Positions 1 to 10,959 are shown, counted from the first letter of the stretch. The stretch is 64,000 bases of DNA from Basidiobolus meristosporus CBS 931.73 (GCA_002104905.1 MCFE01000484.1:1-64000), one strand, 5' to 3'. Notes: generated from the sequence alone by a model not told the origin. A program made the numbers and translations.

Positions 1-587
1 TTATATTTCATTGGCATTTTTGTATGTCAGAGTCTGTCTTACGTACATTTTGGGTGCGTAATAGCGTGTCATGGATTTAGTTTTATTTTAGCAGCACATG
101 GGCCAAGTTTATTCAATGAAGCATTTTATACCAAGAGTCTCTATAATCCAGAAGCCGAGAACTTTCCTTACAGTTGATCCCAAAGAGAATTGTTTCCAAC
201 ACTTGGCCAAATCCCCACTCTTTGCTTGGCCTAACCTGAATTTATTCAAAGTATTCGCATCACGTTCTGTAATTTCTACAATTTAATCATCATCGGTCTC
301 GCAGCGCTGCTCTACTCATCTAGCGTGTTTTACTCTGTTCCATCTGTATCGTTTATAAACTGTTGAAATTTCGGCTGCTTTGTATGTGTTCAGCAGATTG
401 AGCAGGTTTATTGATTTCTGATTCGTAGTGCATAATCCTATGTATGGGCGAGTGCATGTATTTTGAGTAAACATTTCTGGTTGAGAATATACTGCTTATT
501 TTATTATTTCTTGCATGCTGGGATCCTGTGAATTCGTTTCTATTCTTTGCGATCTCGCTCTGTATTGCTGGTGTATTGGTATTTGAT

Positions 588-631
588 GGGTATTAATGGG
601 TATTAATGGGTATTAAGGGTATTAAGGGTAT
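588..631. repeat. Short tandem repeat (GGGTATTAAT/GGGTATTAA) x ~5
   Basis: Seen directly: ggg tattaatggg tattaatggg tattaagggt attaagggta, just 3' of the CAP gene. Confidence 0.85.
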
Positions 632-663
632 GCATTTCTGTAGGATTACATAGATGTTTCACT

Positions 664-1134
664 TCATTGCTTTCTTCCTACAAATTTCGGTGCCCTTTTG
701 CGCATCATCATAGGCCGGCCGAAGTCCTGAGTCCAGTAGCTCCCTTGTGGATCGTAGGCAATGCCAGTCTGGGTGAAGATGGGATCCAATATGTTGCGGC
801 GATGCTCTGGCGAGTTCATCCAGGCATTCATCACCGACACTGCATCCCCATACCCCGCTGCAACATTCTCCCCAATGTTGCTCCAGGGATAGCCTGTGGC
901 GCTGATTCTCTGGCCCAGAGTTGTGTTGGGCTCGTCATGAGTCATTTCATGCACGGTGGCCTGATACAGAGTGTGTCGTTCGGCAGCCAAGGTGAGTCTT
1001 GGGTCGATAGTGAGAGCTGGAGCGCCAACCAGGGCCCGTTGCTGATTCACGAGTGCGAGGAGTGTGTTCGGGTCAAAGGCGAGGGCTACCCCGGAGAATG
1101 TGAAGACAGTTGCGATCAGAGATAGAAGCTTCAT
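664..1134 (-). CDS. Secreted CAP/SCP-domain protein, bacterial (YkwD-like) type, 156 aa
   Basis: Signal peptide MKLLSLIATVFTFSGVALA; CAP motifs AAERH, MTH, RISATGYPW, IGENVAAGY, AWMNSPEHRRNIL, YWTQDF; intronless; TATA-like ATATAAAT upstream on the minus strand (~1183-1190). Confidence 0.92.
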   Translation of the reverse strand: MKLLSLIATVFTFSGVALAFDPNTLLALVNQQRALVGAPALTIDPRLTLAAERHTLYQATVHEMTHDEPNTTLGQRISATGYPWSNIGENVAAGYGDAVSVMNAWMNSPEHRRNILDPIFTQTGIAYDPQGSYWTQDFGRPMMMRKRAPKFVGRKQ

Positions 1135-1748
1135 TGCGGTAGAGTGCTGTATGGTTAGATATGGGGGAGGGGGCTCTGTGATATTTATATTTCATATGTC
1201 CTTGGGCTCTATGGTAACTTTACCAAGGAGTTGTTGGGATCGATTCCATCACGGAACTTACTCTCGGTCCAGACCTTTTGGCCCTGGAAGGTGAGGAACA
1301 TGGGAAAACCTCCTGGAATGATGAGAATGTTGAATCAGCACACTTAGCTCATGTCCTATAGTCGAAGGTGGATTAAAATGGGAATCTTTACGAGGGCTTT
1401 TCCATATCTGGCTGTTTCAGTTGTACACTCTTTCATTTGTTAGATCACTCCGAACCAATGGTATAGGAGTAATGTTGGGAAGTTAACAAGTGTCCCCTTT
1501 GGTACATCGTTATACCATTTAGAATATTCAGCACTCACATGGCTTTGTTTGAAATAAAGAGCCAAATATGCATCTACAGGCTGTAGTGCAGGAGCAACTG
1601 GATGTTGAACTTAGCTCTGATGGAATAGTAGATATCAACATTCCCCCCGATGTCGCTCCTGGATCAGTTTGTTGCACTGAGCCTCTAGCCCAGTATTGTA
1701 TTGGGCTTATTATGTGGCATTTGGCGAATGTATAATCATCAATGTTGT

Positions 1749-2990
1749 TTACTTGCCAGTGAAGGGCCAATCTCTATGTAAACTGTCATTGCATTGATCA
1801 CAAGCACTGATCCAAAGTCCGAATTCGGCTGCGGCTGAATTGTTGTTTCCTCGGTTGATGAACCTGCGTCTATCAGAATTGCAAAGCGCGCCACAGTACA
1901 TATTGAATGAAATTGGCACCAAGGCTGAGAATCACTTGGAGGTGATAGGCACCGAGATCAGACAGCTGACACATCTCTCAAACTCAACCATGTTTCTTCG
2001 AAGCAGATCTTCGCCTTGTGCAACACTGAGAGGAGGATGAATGTTGGCGCAACCAGTTGGGTCAGGGTGGCAGGCATACCCGTAGCCTACATTTTTGATG
2101 TCCACAGGGTCAATATAGAAATTGGGGAACCAGCCTTAAAAGCTCATCACTGAATCCAATCCTGCTTGGTTAATGTGCCCATTATTAAGCCCACCGTTTC
2201 CGCTGCCCTCGCCTTTGCACTTAGGGATCCCAGGCACATACTTACCGCCGGTCTCCACATATTTATTAAAGACCCAGTTGCCGTTGGTTAACTTGGCCGG
2301 TTCATTTGTTCCTTGGCACTCCATGGTCACTTTTCTCCATTACGGAGAGTTCCGATTTGGGGGTATCCAGTTCCCAGGCCTAAGCGGAAGCGTACACCAT
2401 TGTTGCTGATAGGAAAGGCGTTGTCACCGCTACTACCGCCATTATCGCATTTGGGTACTCCGGATACGAATTTGCTTCCAGACTCCGCATATTTGTCGAA
2501 TCCTCAGTTACCGCTGGTGAGTTTGTCCCAGACATTATACCCATTAACTGACTCCCCGGTTCCTTAACATTGGATGGTTACCCGGTCACCTTTTCTCAGG
2601 GTTCCTACTTGATAAAAGCTGGTTCCAGGACCTGATCGAACCCTCACGCCATCATCATTAATGTGGAAAGTGTTCCGGCCGTCACTTTTTCCGGTCTGGG
2701 AGCACTTGGGAATTCTGGCAACAAATTTGGTTCCAGTCTCTACATACTTATCGAAGACCCATTTACCATCTTAGAGCTTATCCCAATGTTTTATCCTCCA
2801 ATAGATTGACAAGCTTCTTGACATACAACGTCCACGTTACTTCCGGCTTACAATGATCCTACTACAGCATATTTGATTGCTGAGCCGACACGAGAATTCA
2901 CGCGATCATTAAGTGGGAAAGACTTGGCGGTTGCCGACGTAGCAGTGAGGAGTAGAGGAAGGATGACTCGACTCTCGCTGCGATGTTTAA
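1749..2990 (-). pseudogene. Pseudogene of a secreted 3x bacterial SH3b + GH24 (phage-type) lysozyme
   Basis: Manual minus-strand translation: hydrophobic leader (RVILPLLLTATSATA); three SH3b-like repeats (e.g. GVRVRSGPGTSFYQVGTLRKGDRVTIQC*GTGESVNGYNVWDKL...DKY); then HINQAGLDSVMSF*GWFPNFYIDPVDIKNVGYG...PPLSVAQGEDLLRR...FSALV..FN. Multiple stops and frameshifts. Ends are approximate. Confidence 0.85.
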
Positions 2991-3379
2991 CGAATATTCT
3001 CTTCAATATGGGTATTTGTACCTTCTCAAACGGAAATCGTAGCTGCTTTATCCGAAAATGTTGCAGCATTGGATCCTCATACTACTCAAGTCGGGTCACC
3101 AATTTGTGTTCTTGGGAAATGCGTACCAGGATTAGGGAATTCTAACCCTATGCAAATATCCGGAATACTGGTGAGTGGCACGGCATTTGATAACTGACAT
3201 TTCAGTTCCAGTAGGTATTTAACCGGGGTTACGCATGATTCTTTCGATACATTGTCTTTTTCTAGATACATTCAAGCTTATATACAACAGCCTGTTATAA
3301 AGCAAATGACATAATAAATGTATTGCATGCTGAATATTGCCGAAATGTGACACAAACTGCTATTTCAATCACTAAATAG

Positions 3380-3389
3380 TGTATATAAA
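3380..3389 (+). promoter_or_regulatory. TATA-like box upstream of the small Cys-rich peptide gene
   Basis: GTATATAAAG ~110 bp upstream of ATG 3491; a similar GTATATAAG on the minus strand at ~3277-3285 faces the lysozyme pseudogene. Confidence 0.45.
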
Positions 3390-3490
3390 GTCGAGCTTGG
3401 CGAAGACAGATCAGTACTTCAGTCGACCACTGCGTTCAAGGTACTGTTTGTTACCATTTTTCACAACTTCGCTACTAACTTGCGCTCTAG

Positions 3491-3712
3491 ATGAAATTCT
3501 CTCTCGTCAGTCTTTTTCTTGGTGTTTCTTTCCTTGCCGTTGCTCAAGCTGCCACCTGTCGCTGCTCTTACGGGGGTAGTGACTACACAAAGAGCTGCTG
3601 TGGCCCATCTGGTGGAAGCTACTCCAAGTCCAAATGCTCATTGAGCTCATCTAGCAAGGTCCAGAAGTTTGACAGATGTTGCCAAGGCTTTGGAGAATTT
3701 TCGGACTGTTAA
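3491..3712 (+). CDS. Small secreted cysteine-rich peptide (73 aa; ~53-aa mature, 8 Cys)
   Basis: Signal peptide MKFSLVSLFLGVSFLAVAQA; mature pattern C-x-C-x10-CC-x11-C-x13-CC-x8-C ending at the stop codon; intronless. Confidence 0.85.
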   Translation: MKFSLVSLFLGVSFLAVAQAATCRCSYGGSDYTKSCCGPSGGSYSKSKCSLSSSSKVQKFDRCCQGFGEFSDC

Positions 3713-6197
3713 TTTCGATCATCCACTTTCTTCCAAAATAAAAAGTTACTAAAACGCTCGCACACACGAAATTCTGGAATAATGATTTTATCAAAAAGCA
3801 TACCACATATTGCTACCAACTTCAAGGCCAACGTATCGACTGCTACTGGATCAGTCGCTTTCAAGCAATCACAGGTGATAGGAAAATGTATTTGGCATGC
3901 AAAATAATTAGTCAATCACTAGACTTGAACTTCATTTTAATTGGCTGCCGCTATGAGTAAGTATCCGCTGATTATCTCAATGAAATATTGGTTCATGCAA
4001 TACTTTTGATGATTTTTTATAGGTAAGGACTTAAGACGTTTTTATCTAGTACGTTGAGGACACTTGATTTACTCTCTTATCATCCAGCATTGCGTTGAAT
4101 GCTGTTTACTAGTATTCATCCAATAACAACAAGCGAAGATTTTTCACCCGACCGCATACATATTTTGATAGAATAGCTTGAATATTATAGGTTTATTTCA
4201 ACCACCAGTTGCTCTGGTTCAACACTTCAGCCCAGAAGTATCATATCTACAACCCATGTCCAAGCGTCTAAACATGTGCCTAAGTCTTGGGATTGTTACA
4301 TTCAATACATCCAATACCTGAATCTATTCGCTGAGAATCGCAATTGCAATCGCGCAAGATAGTGAGCATTTCAGGCCAATGTCCAACTGAGAAAAATTAT
4401 GCGCATGTTACACATGTGATGTGAAGTTTTCTTACGCCGCCATTTTCATACTCAAACTGACACACCAAAGTAAGAATACTATCTTACCTCAATGCTGAGA
4501 ACTAAACGACTAGTGTCACGCATTCGGATTCAAAGGTGGCACAAAGCACTTGATATAGCGATGAAGAATGCAATGTCGGGTAGAAAATCCAGTGATTAAA
4601 ATAGCAGGTTACATCGAACAATAGATATACTTCTCTCCGTTTACTGATTGATGTGATACAAACATTTACCCGAGACTAATGGGCCAATCTTGTCAGGACT
4701 GGTTGGTTATCTTGAAATAACAATTTTACATGCATTCAAATAGATTCAAATTTTATTTCTTCAATCGTGTATTGTATTTGAACTTTTCCATGGACCAAAT
4801 GGTTGGAGCATAGCGGGCATCCTCTTTGTCATTAGTAAACGAGACCAGACCTATCATTGGGTGGATGGTTGCTTTTAGAATAGAATGTTTATTTTCGGCA
4901 ATGCTCCCGTGAGTACAGATAAAAAAGCCTGCAGATTTTTCACCCTTAGATACCAAATGGCCTTGCCACGGATCTTACTTGCATCGATGTTCTAGCCAAA
5001 GCCTCGCACGACAACATCATTACATTCCATGTCAGCAAACAAGTAACACCAGCCTCCGTATTTGTCAAATTACGACAAAGGCTTGCCTTCTTAACCACCC
5101 ATTTAACAAGGTTTTGAGAATGTCACACCCGATAATATCCGGCTGGATTCACTGAGTGCCCATTTCAGGGCCTATACAATCCACAGCAAACCCGTCAACT
5201 CCTTTCGCACACACGCCGTACCAAGAGTTGAGATTCGTTCAATTGCACATTATACCAATGGGCGCCGTGCAGATCTCCTACAACATTAGGGGATTTGGCT
5301 ACTGAGTGAAAATTATCCCACCTTTTCTCTTGGAAATTGGTGCATCTACAGTTTGATGTTGTTACGACTGAACTTTGAAGAATTATGTATATAGAATGTT
5401 CCCGCTCTTTACTCCTAGGAAAGGCATAAATTATGAGATGTAGTGCACTGTTCGTATGTCCTTCGGGACCATAGGATCTGTCAAGTTTGTCATTCCAACA
5501 ACCCTGCAAGGACAGTTTGTACATTCTAACCGCTTGACTACTATTTACCAATTGAAACTAAAATGGAGTTTAACCCTAAGCGTCATTCCTCAACATCTCT
5601 ATCGCGTGTGCATGACTTGTGAATAGCTGCTACCAGACACTCTTATTACATAAGATTCCACAACAATGTGAACGCTGCTTGTCCCAGTATTGATAGAGGA
5701 CTCAATGCCAAGTACCATGTTGGTAATACAAGCACAACAGAGTAAACCAAACAGAAACAAGCTTGGCTAACTATTCTTACAGAATCAATATTGCCTTGTC
5801 TCTGTTTAACTAAAATTCAGAACTTTGTCCGTGGTGATAGTATGAAGTATTGAAGTAAAACATGGGATAGCCATCAAAGACACCAACGAACCTCAGATAA
5901 TTTGTATAATCTTTTTTCTCATTCGTACAATGGTTAAAAATATCTTCAAAAACTTTTTCGTCATCAGTGAAGATTCGGCAACCGACGGTCATATCCATGA
6001 AGATCTTACTGTCCTTACAGTCATGAAGTTACAAACATGCTTTAGCATGTAAGCCACCACTGAGTGAACAATATGGCGATGTCGAATAGTACAGCTATCA
6101 AGCGTAGAATATTCTTTGGATCGAAGAAACCAAAATACCTCTCCACGCTCAAAATTCTGTAGATCACTAAAGATGAACACATGTAACAGAAATACAT

Positions 6198-7249
6198 TGC
6201 CTAAATATGGCAATGGTCGACCCATGACACTATCTAGAAATAGAGTGCCGATCCACGACAAGATGACTTCTCCGTATATGGTAGGATCCTTGAAATCCCT
6301 CTCGATCTGAGAAGGTGAGCCAGATCCAAGTTGATTGGATTGAAAGTTGTGGAAGTCCCCTACCCAAGATTCCTTCACTTGTCGAGGATAGCGATCGAAT
6401 CCCAATCGCCATTTGGTTCGGCCACAGACTCTAGGCCTGAAATGGTAAGAGAGTTTGAATCCTTTGTAAATTGGTCTGCCCTTCCTCGGTTTTCCTCAGC
6501 TTTCCTCGGCTATATATTACGAGCCTCATGCCAAGGATCCAGCATCTTCATAACAGCTCAACAATCCAGTATGGTCAAGATCTCTTCTATCTTTGCTGGT
6601 GTCACTGTCGCTGCTGCTGGCCTTTTGGGCCTGGCTGTCCAGGCACTCCCTGCCTCAACCACGCCCAGCACTACCCCAAGTCAGACTAGCACTACAGAGG
6701 TGTCTGGACCCCATGTCAAGCTAGCCGCTCTGTCTGAGCTCGACAACGCCTGCTCACTACAGTTCCGCTTCGATAACGGTCAGTGCACAGACTGGGCTGA
6801 TGCCCGCTACTACCAACTTACTTGCCACCACACTCAGTGGTGGGGGAATGCCAAGACTTGGCCCGCAAGTGCTCGCAACACCGATGGCTGGGTTGTCTCC
6901 AACGAGCCACGAGTCCCCTCCATCATCGCCATCCAGCCTGGATACCAAGGGTGTGACTCCTATGGCCACGTCGCAGTCGTCGAGAGCATCAACGATGATG
7001 GAAGTGTTTACACCAGCAACTGGAACTACATTGAGAATGGACGCGGCGGTCCCTACATCACCACATACGTCAACTTCTGGCCCGGAGAAGGGGTCTCCTT
7101 CATCTGGTATGAATAGGAGAGATACCCAACAATGGAATATACCATTCAGCAATGCCGGCATATACCCAACAGAGTATTTACCCAGTAGTGTCATCAATTC
7201 CCCGATAAATAAATACTAAAATAGTAAAGTAATACGTTTTGCCAGTGTG
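6198..7249 (+). repeat. Segmental duplicate, copy 1 (~1.05 kb, contains CHAP gene)
   Basis: Matches 8218-9269 at a constant offset of 2020 bp; I counted about 7 substitutions, all transitions. Confidence 0.95.
6571..7116 (+). CDS. Secreted CHAP-domain peptidoglycan amidase/endopeptidase, copy 1 (181 aa)
   Basis: ATG 6571; signal peptide MVKISSIFAGVTVAAAGLLGLAVQA; Thr/Ser linker; CHAP motifs NGQCTDWA (catalytic Cys), WGNAKTW, YGHVAVVE (catalytic His), SNWN; intronless. Confidence 0.92.
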   Translation: MVKISSIFAGVTVAAAGLLGLAVQALPASTTPSTTPSQTSTTEVSGPHVKLAALSELDNACSLQFRFDNGQCTDWADARYYQLTCHHTQWWGNAKTWPASARNTDGWVVSNEPRVPSIIAIQPGYQGCDSYGHVAVVESINDDGSVYTSNWNYIENGRGGPYITTYVNFWPGEGVSFIWYE

Positions 7250-8217
7250 TTGTCAAAAAATGACTGCCTACATGATTACAGGCATCCAATAAGCAATTTC
7301 ACTAGAATTTGAGATTGAATGGTATGCTATCTGCAGCAGTGGGAAACGATAGGGGTAACCGTGATCTAGCATAACTGTTTGAGTGAAAGGGTGAGGTACT
7401 TGAAGGTAGGTAGGTAGATAGTGATCTACTTCTCTGCCAATCATGGTCAATAATCGTGGTGATGCGGAAGGGATAAGCGTAATTTATCAGGAATGCCGGT
7501 GTTCCATACCATTTGGTTCTGGTCTACACACGTTGAAAAGATATTCTGTTTAGAATCCAACTTGGCTATGCCTGCTTTGATCCTTTTTTGATGGTCATAT
7601 CACTCAGCAGCATGCGTTATGGTTTTAAACGTCAAAAGAATCGAGGTGGCAATGAGTGACTAGAGAAGTGTTCCCTCATCACTCATCAATCTATTGAGCT
7701 GATATTTTTCGTACTCTTCACTGAGGATTAATTGATTACGCCTTGACTTGGTGCGAACATCAACGTACGTATATGCTAACCACAAAATAAGTCACGACTT
7801 CATAATAATTTTCCCGTTTGAAGCTTACTTGTGTCGCTATTTTTGAACACTTCACCACTATGGGTAAGAGATAGTGATCGAAAGGCTCCGTCTTCGAATT
7901 CCACTCGGATGAAATGAACCACTTCTAATCTGTCAGTCATCATTCTCATAGCCTGATAGTAAGCCTGAGCTACCAATGAGAACTCCATACCCGAATTGCA
8001 TAGGGCTTTGGAGCCTCTATATTCATAGTCTAGACCTGAACCCAAGTTCCACAATGTAAGCTATTCGACTTGTTGAAATGCAGCTCTCAACAAGTATGAG
8101 GCTTGAGTAGTCTTCTATCAAGAATAGCAAGGACTGTGAGCTGCTTGGTGTGGGTGAGGGGAAAGGATGTTCCTTAATCGGAAGTACATATCTAGGTATG
8201 TACTATCTTGACTTCCG

Positions 8218-9269
8218 TGCCTAAATATGGCAATGGTCAACCCATGACACTATCTAGAAATAGAGTGCCGATCTACGACAAGATGACTTCTCCGTATATG
8301 GTAGGATCCTTGAAATCCCTCTCGATCTGAGAAGGTGAGCCAGATCCAAGTTGATTGGATTGAAAGTTGTGGAAGTCCCCTACCCAAGATTCCTTCACTT
8401 GTCGAGGATAGCGATCGAATCCCAATCGCCATTCGGTTCGGCCACAGACTCTAGGCCTGAAATGGTAAGAGAGTTTGAATCCTTTGTAAATTGGTCTGCC
8501 CTTCCTCGGTTTTCCTCAGCTTTCCTCGGCTATATATTACGAGCCTCATGCCAAGGATCCAGCATCTTCATAACAGCTCAACAATCCAGTATGGTCAAGA
8601 TCTCTTCTATCTTTGCTGGTGTCACTGTCGCTGCTGCTGGCCTTTTGGGCCTGGCTGTCCAGGCACTCCCTGCCTCAACCACGCCCAGCACTACCCCAAG
8701 TCAGACTAGCACTACAGAGGTGTCTGGACCCCATGTCAAGCTAGCCGCTCTGTCTGAGCTCGACAACGCCTGCTCACTACAGTTCCGCTTCGATAACGGT
8801 CAGTGCACAGACTGGGCTGATGCCCGCTACTACCAACTTACTTGCCACCACACTCAGTGGTGGGGGAATGCCAAGACTTGGCCCGCAAGTGCTCGCAACA
8901 CCGATGGCTGGGTTGTCTCCAACGAGCCACGAGTCCCCTCCATCATCGCCATCCAGCCTGGATACCAAGGGTGTGACTCCTATGGCCATGTCGCAGTCGT
9001 CGAGAGTATCAACGATGATGGAAGTGTTTACACCAGCAACTGGAACTACATTGAGAATGGACGCGGCGGTCCCTACATCACCACATACGTCAACTTCTGG
9101 CCCGGAGAAGGGGTCTCCTTCATCTGGTATGAATAGGAGAGATACCCAACAATGAAATATACCATTCAGCAATGCCGGCATATACCCAACAGAGTATTTA
9201 CCCAGTAGTGTCATCAATTCCCCGATAAATAAATACTAAAATAGCAAAGTAATACGTTTTGCCAGTGTG
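8218..9269 (+). repeat. Segmental duplicate, copy 2
   Basis: Near-identical to 6198-7249; separated from it by a unique ~970-bp spacer. Confidence 0.95.
8591..9136 (+). CDS. Secreted CHAP-domain peptidoglycan hydrolase, copy 2 (protein identical to copy 1)
   Basis: Same translation as 6571-7116; the two coding differences seen (CAC/CAT, AGC/AGT) are synonymous. Confidence 0.92.
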   Translation: MVKISSIFAGVTVAAAGLLGLAVQALPASTTPSTTPSQTSTTEVSGPHVKLAALSELDNACSLQFRFDNGQCTDWADARYYQLTCHHTQWWGNAKTWPASARNTDGWVVSNEPRVPSIIAIQPGYQGCDSYGHVAVVESINDDGSVYTSNWNYIENGRGGPYITTYVNFWPGEGVSFIWYE

Positions 9270-9546
9270 ATCCGTCTGACTTATTCAAATTAGAATATCA
9301 GTTTAGTGCTAAGATTTGCAGTTCTCATAAAAGATTCTCAAGGTGAATGAATACACATCTTCCACACCTTCCTCCAACGCTTTTTTTGACGTGAAATAGC
9401 CCGTTGCAAATCCCTAACCCTAAGTAGCACTGTATATGGCAATAGTCAACAAGAATGCGCATCTTGCTGTGAATGATTGGAAAACAAGTTGAAGGTGATG
9501 AATGTTTAATCGTAGTTGGCATGCAATATACTCTAGGCGAACCCTG

Positions 9547-10518
9547 CTAGTGAGATTGCCGAATTCCTTCCAGGGCCAATGCCTGTAAAGTCTGTGATAA
9601 GTTGTCCTGATCAACAGAGGAGTTTCCATTACTTGTAGAAGCAGCATCACTCTTGGGGATTAGAAGATCCCCTAATAGATCTGGTAATGCGGTTAGAAGG
9701 GGCGTCACATACAGAATATTCACCAAACTATATACCTTTAGATTTTTTGTCCTCCACCTTCTTGACTTCCGATAGCTCAAGCGCTGTTTCGGACAGCTTG
9801 ATTTTCAGCGTTGGATGCTTTTTGAAAGTGATTTGCCCACCCCATAGCCAGGTTGGAATTTCCTTCGGAATGCTGATTTCTGAAGTGAACCGCTCGATAA
9901 ATTCTGTTTCTTCCGAGCCTACCACTCCATCTCTCAGGTACCTGCACATGAAACGGTTGGTAGAAGCATCCAAGGCAGGTTTAAGCTATCTGTTTACCTC
10001 GCATATTCGGTCAAAGCTGATGGCACGCTGTAGAATTGCAGCTTGCGTAAACACATGACCACGACACCAGTAACCACTGAACCATCAATACAATGAAGAT
10101 AGAGAGGATGATATTCGGGGTTGATAATAATCTATAAGGCGATTCATGAGTAATTATCTATAGCCGTTCGAACCAAACCACTACCTCGAGGATTTGAACC
10201 ACCTTGGAGAAATTCAAGGGGACATTTTCTTTCGGCTTTTTGACGCGAATCATCATATTGATGATTCCGTGTTCTCTACAGAAGGTCACCAATTCCTGTG
10301 TTGGTTGATCCGGTATTAAAGATAGCACCGTCTTCAGTTTGAGTCTTGAGGAATGTTATCAAAAATACAAATACTACTGCTCAATAGGAGAGATGCACTC
10401 ACCGCTTTAAAAAACGCAGATTCCGCTCCTTAGGATAAGCTCCGCGAAATATGTTACTCTCAACTATACCATATCGAAAGGGGGGTACAATAGGTGGAAG
10501 AATACGATTTGCTTGCAT
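9547..10518 (-). CDS. OCA6: Siw14/Oca-family tyrosine phosphatase-like protein, Oca6-like (spliced)
   Basis: Reconstructed exons: MQANRILPPIVPPFRYGIVESNIFRGAYPKERNLRFLKR|LKLKTVLSLIP...|...HPLYLHCIDGSVVTGVVVMCLRKLQ...|YLRDG...; GT-AG introns. Confidence 0.8.
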
Positions 10519-10959
10519 AGGTGCACACAGAAGGAATATTCGCAGCAGTTAAACAGCTATCATGCACCACTAAGGCTAGCTAGCAAGCAAGCGGTGGTGA
10601 GAAAGTTAAGCAAATTTTATGGAAAACACACAATTCTGAATAAATTAGTATACAGGCTTTACTTGATTAGCAGAGAATTTTGAGGGACAAAAAAAGCTAG
10701 AAATAGGGGCACCACCGATCATCACAGAATAGAGGCCTCTCACCAATTTCCAACTCACCTTTACATTGCGAACTCCTGAGCTTCACGAAATACTCGTTGC
10801 TCTCAATTGCCCGCTTCTTCACACACAACCATTTGCCTTCTCGGTGTTTTTCGTGGGATTTTTCACTCGGCGGGGAAATTTAGAGTTTTGCAAGAGTCGA
10901 AATACGCCAGTTGTATTGTTTGACCGGAAATATTGATAATAAATAGCATAACAACCCCG

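Noticed and set aside
588-631. Telomere-like TTAAGGG repeat
   Set aside because: Only ~5 imperfect internal units; an ordinary microsatellite is sufficient.
4750-6200. Short minus-strand ORFs suggesting a decayed gene
   Set aside because: No recognisable motif; could not join the fragments into a supported model.
6331-6570. N-terminal extension of the 261-aa CHAP ORFs from a TTG start (also 8351-8590)
   Set aside because: Non-ATG start; the signal peptide begins at ATG 6571/8591 and a TATA-like element lies inside the extension.
7250-8217. Spacer ORF fragments and two small hairpins (~8068-8095, ~8183-8204) near the duplication junction, considered as a Helitron 3' end
   Set aside because: No CTRR terminus at the expected distance and no Rep/helicase remnant; the ORF fragments are not assignable.
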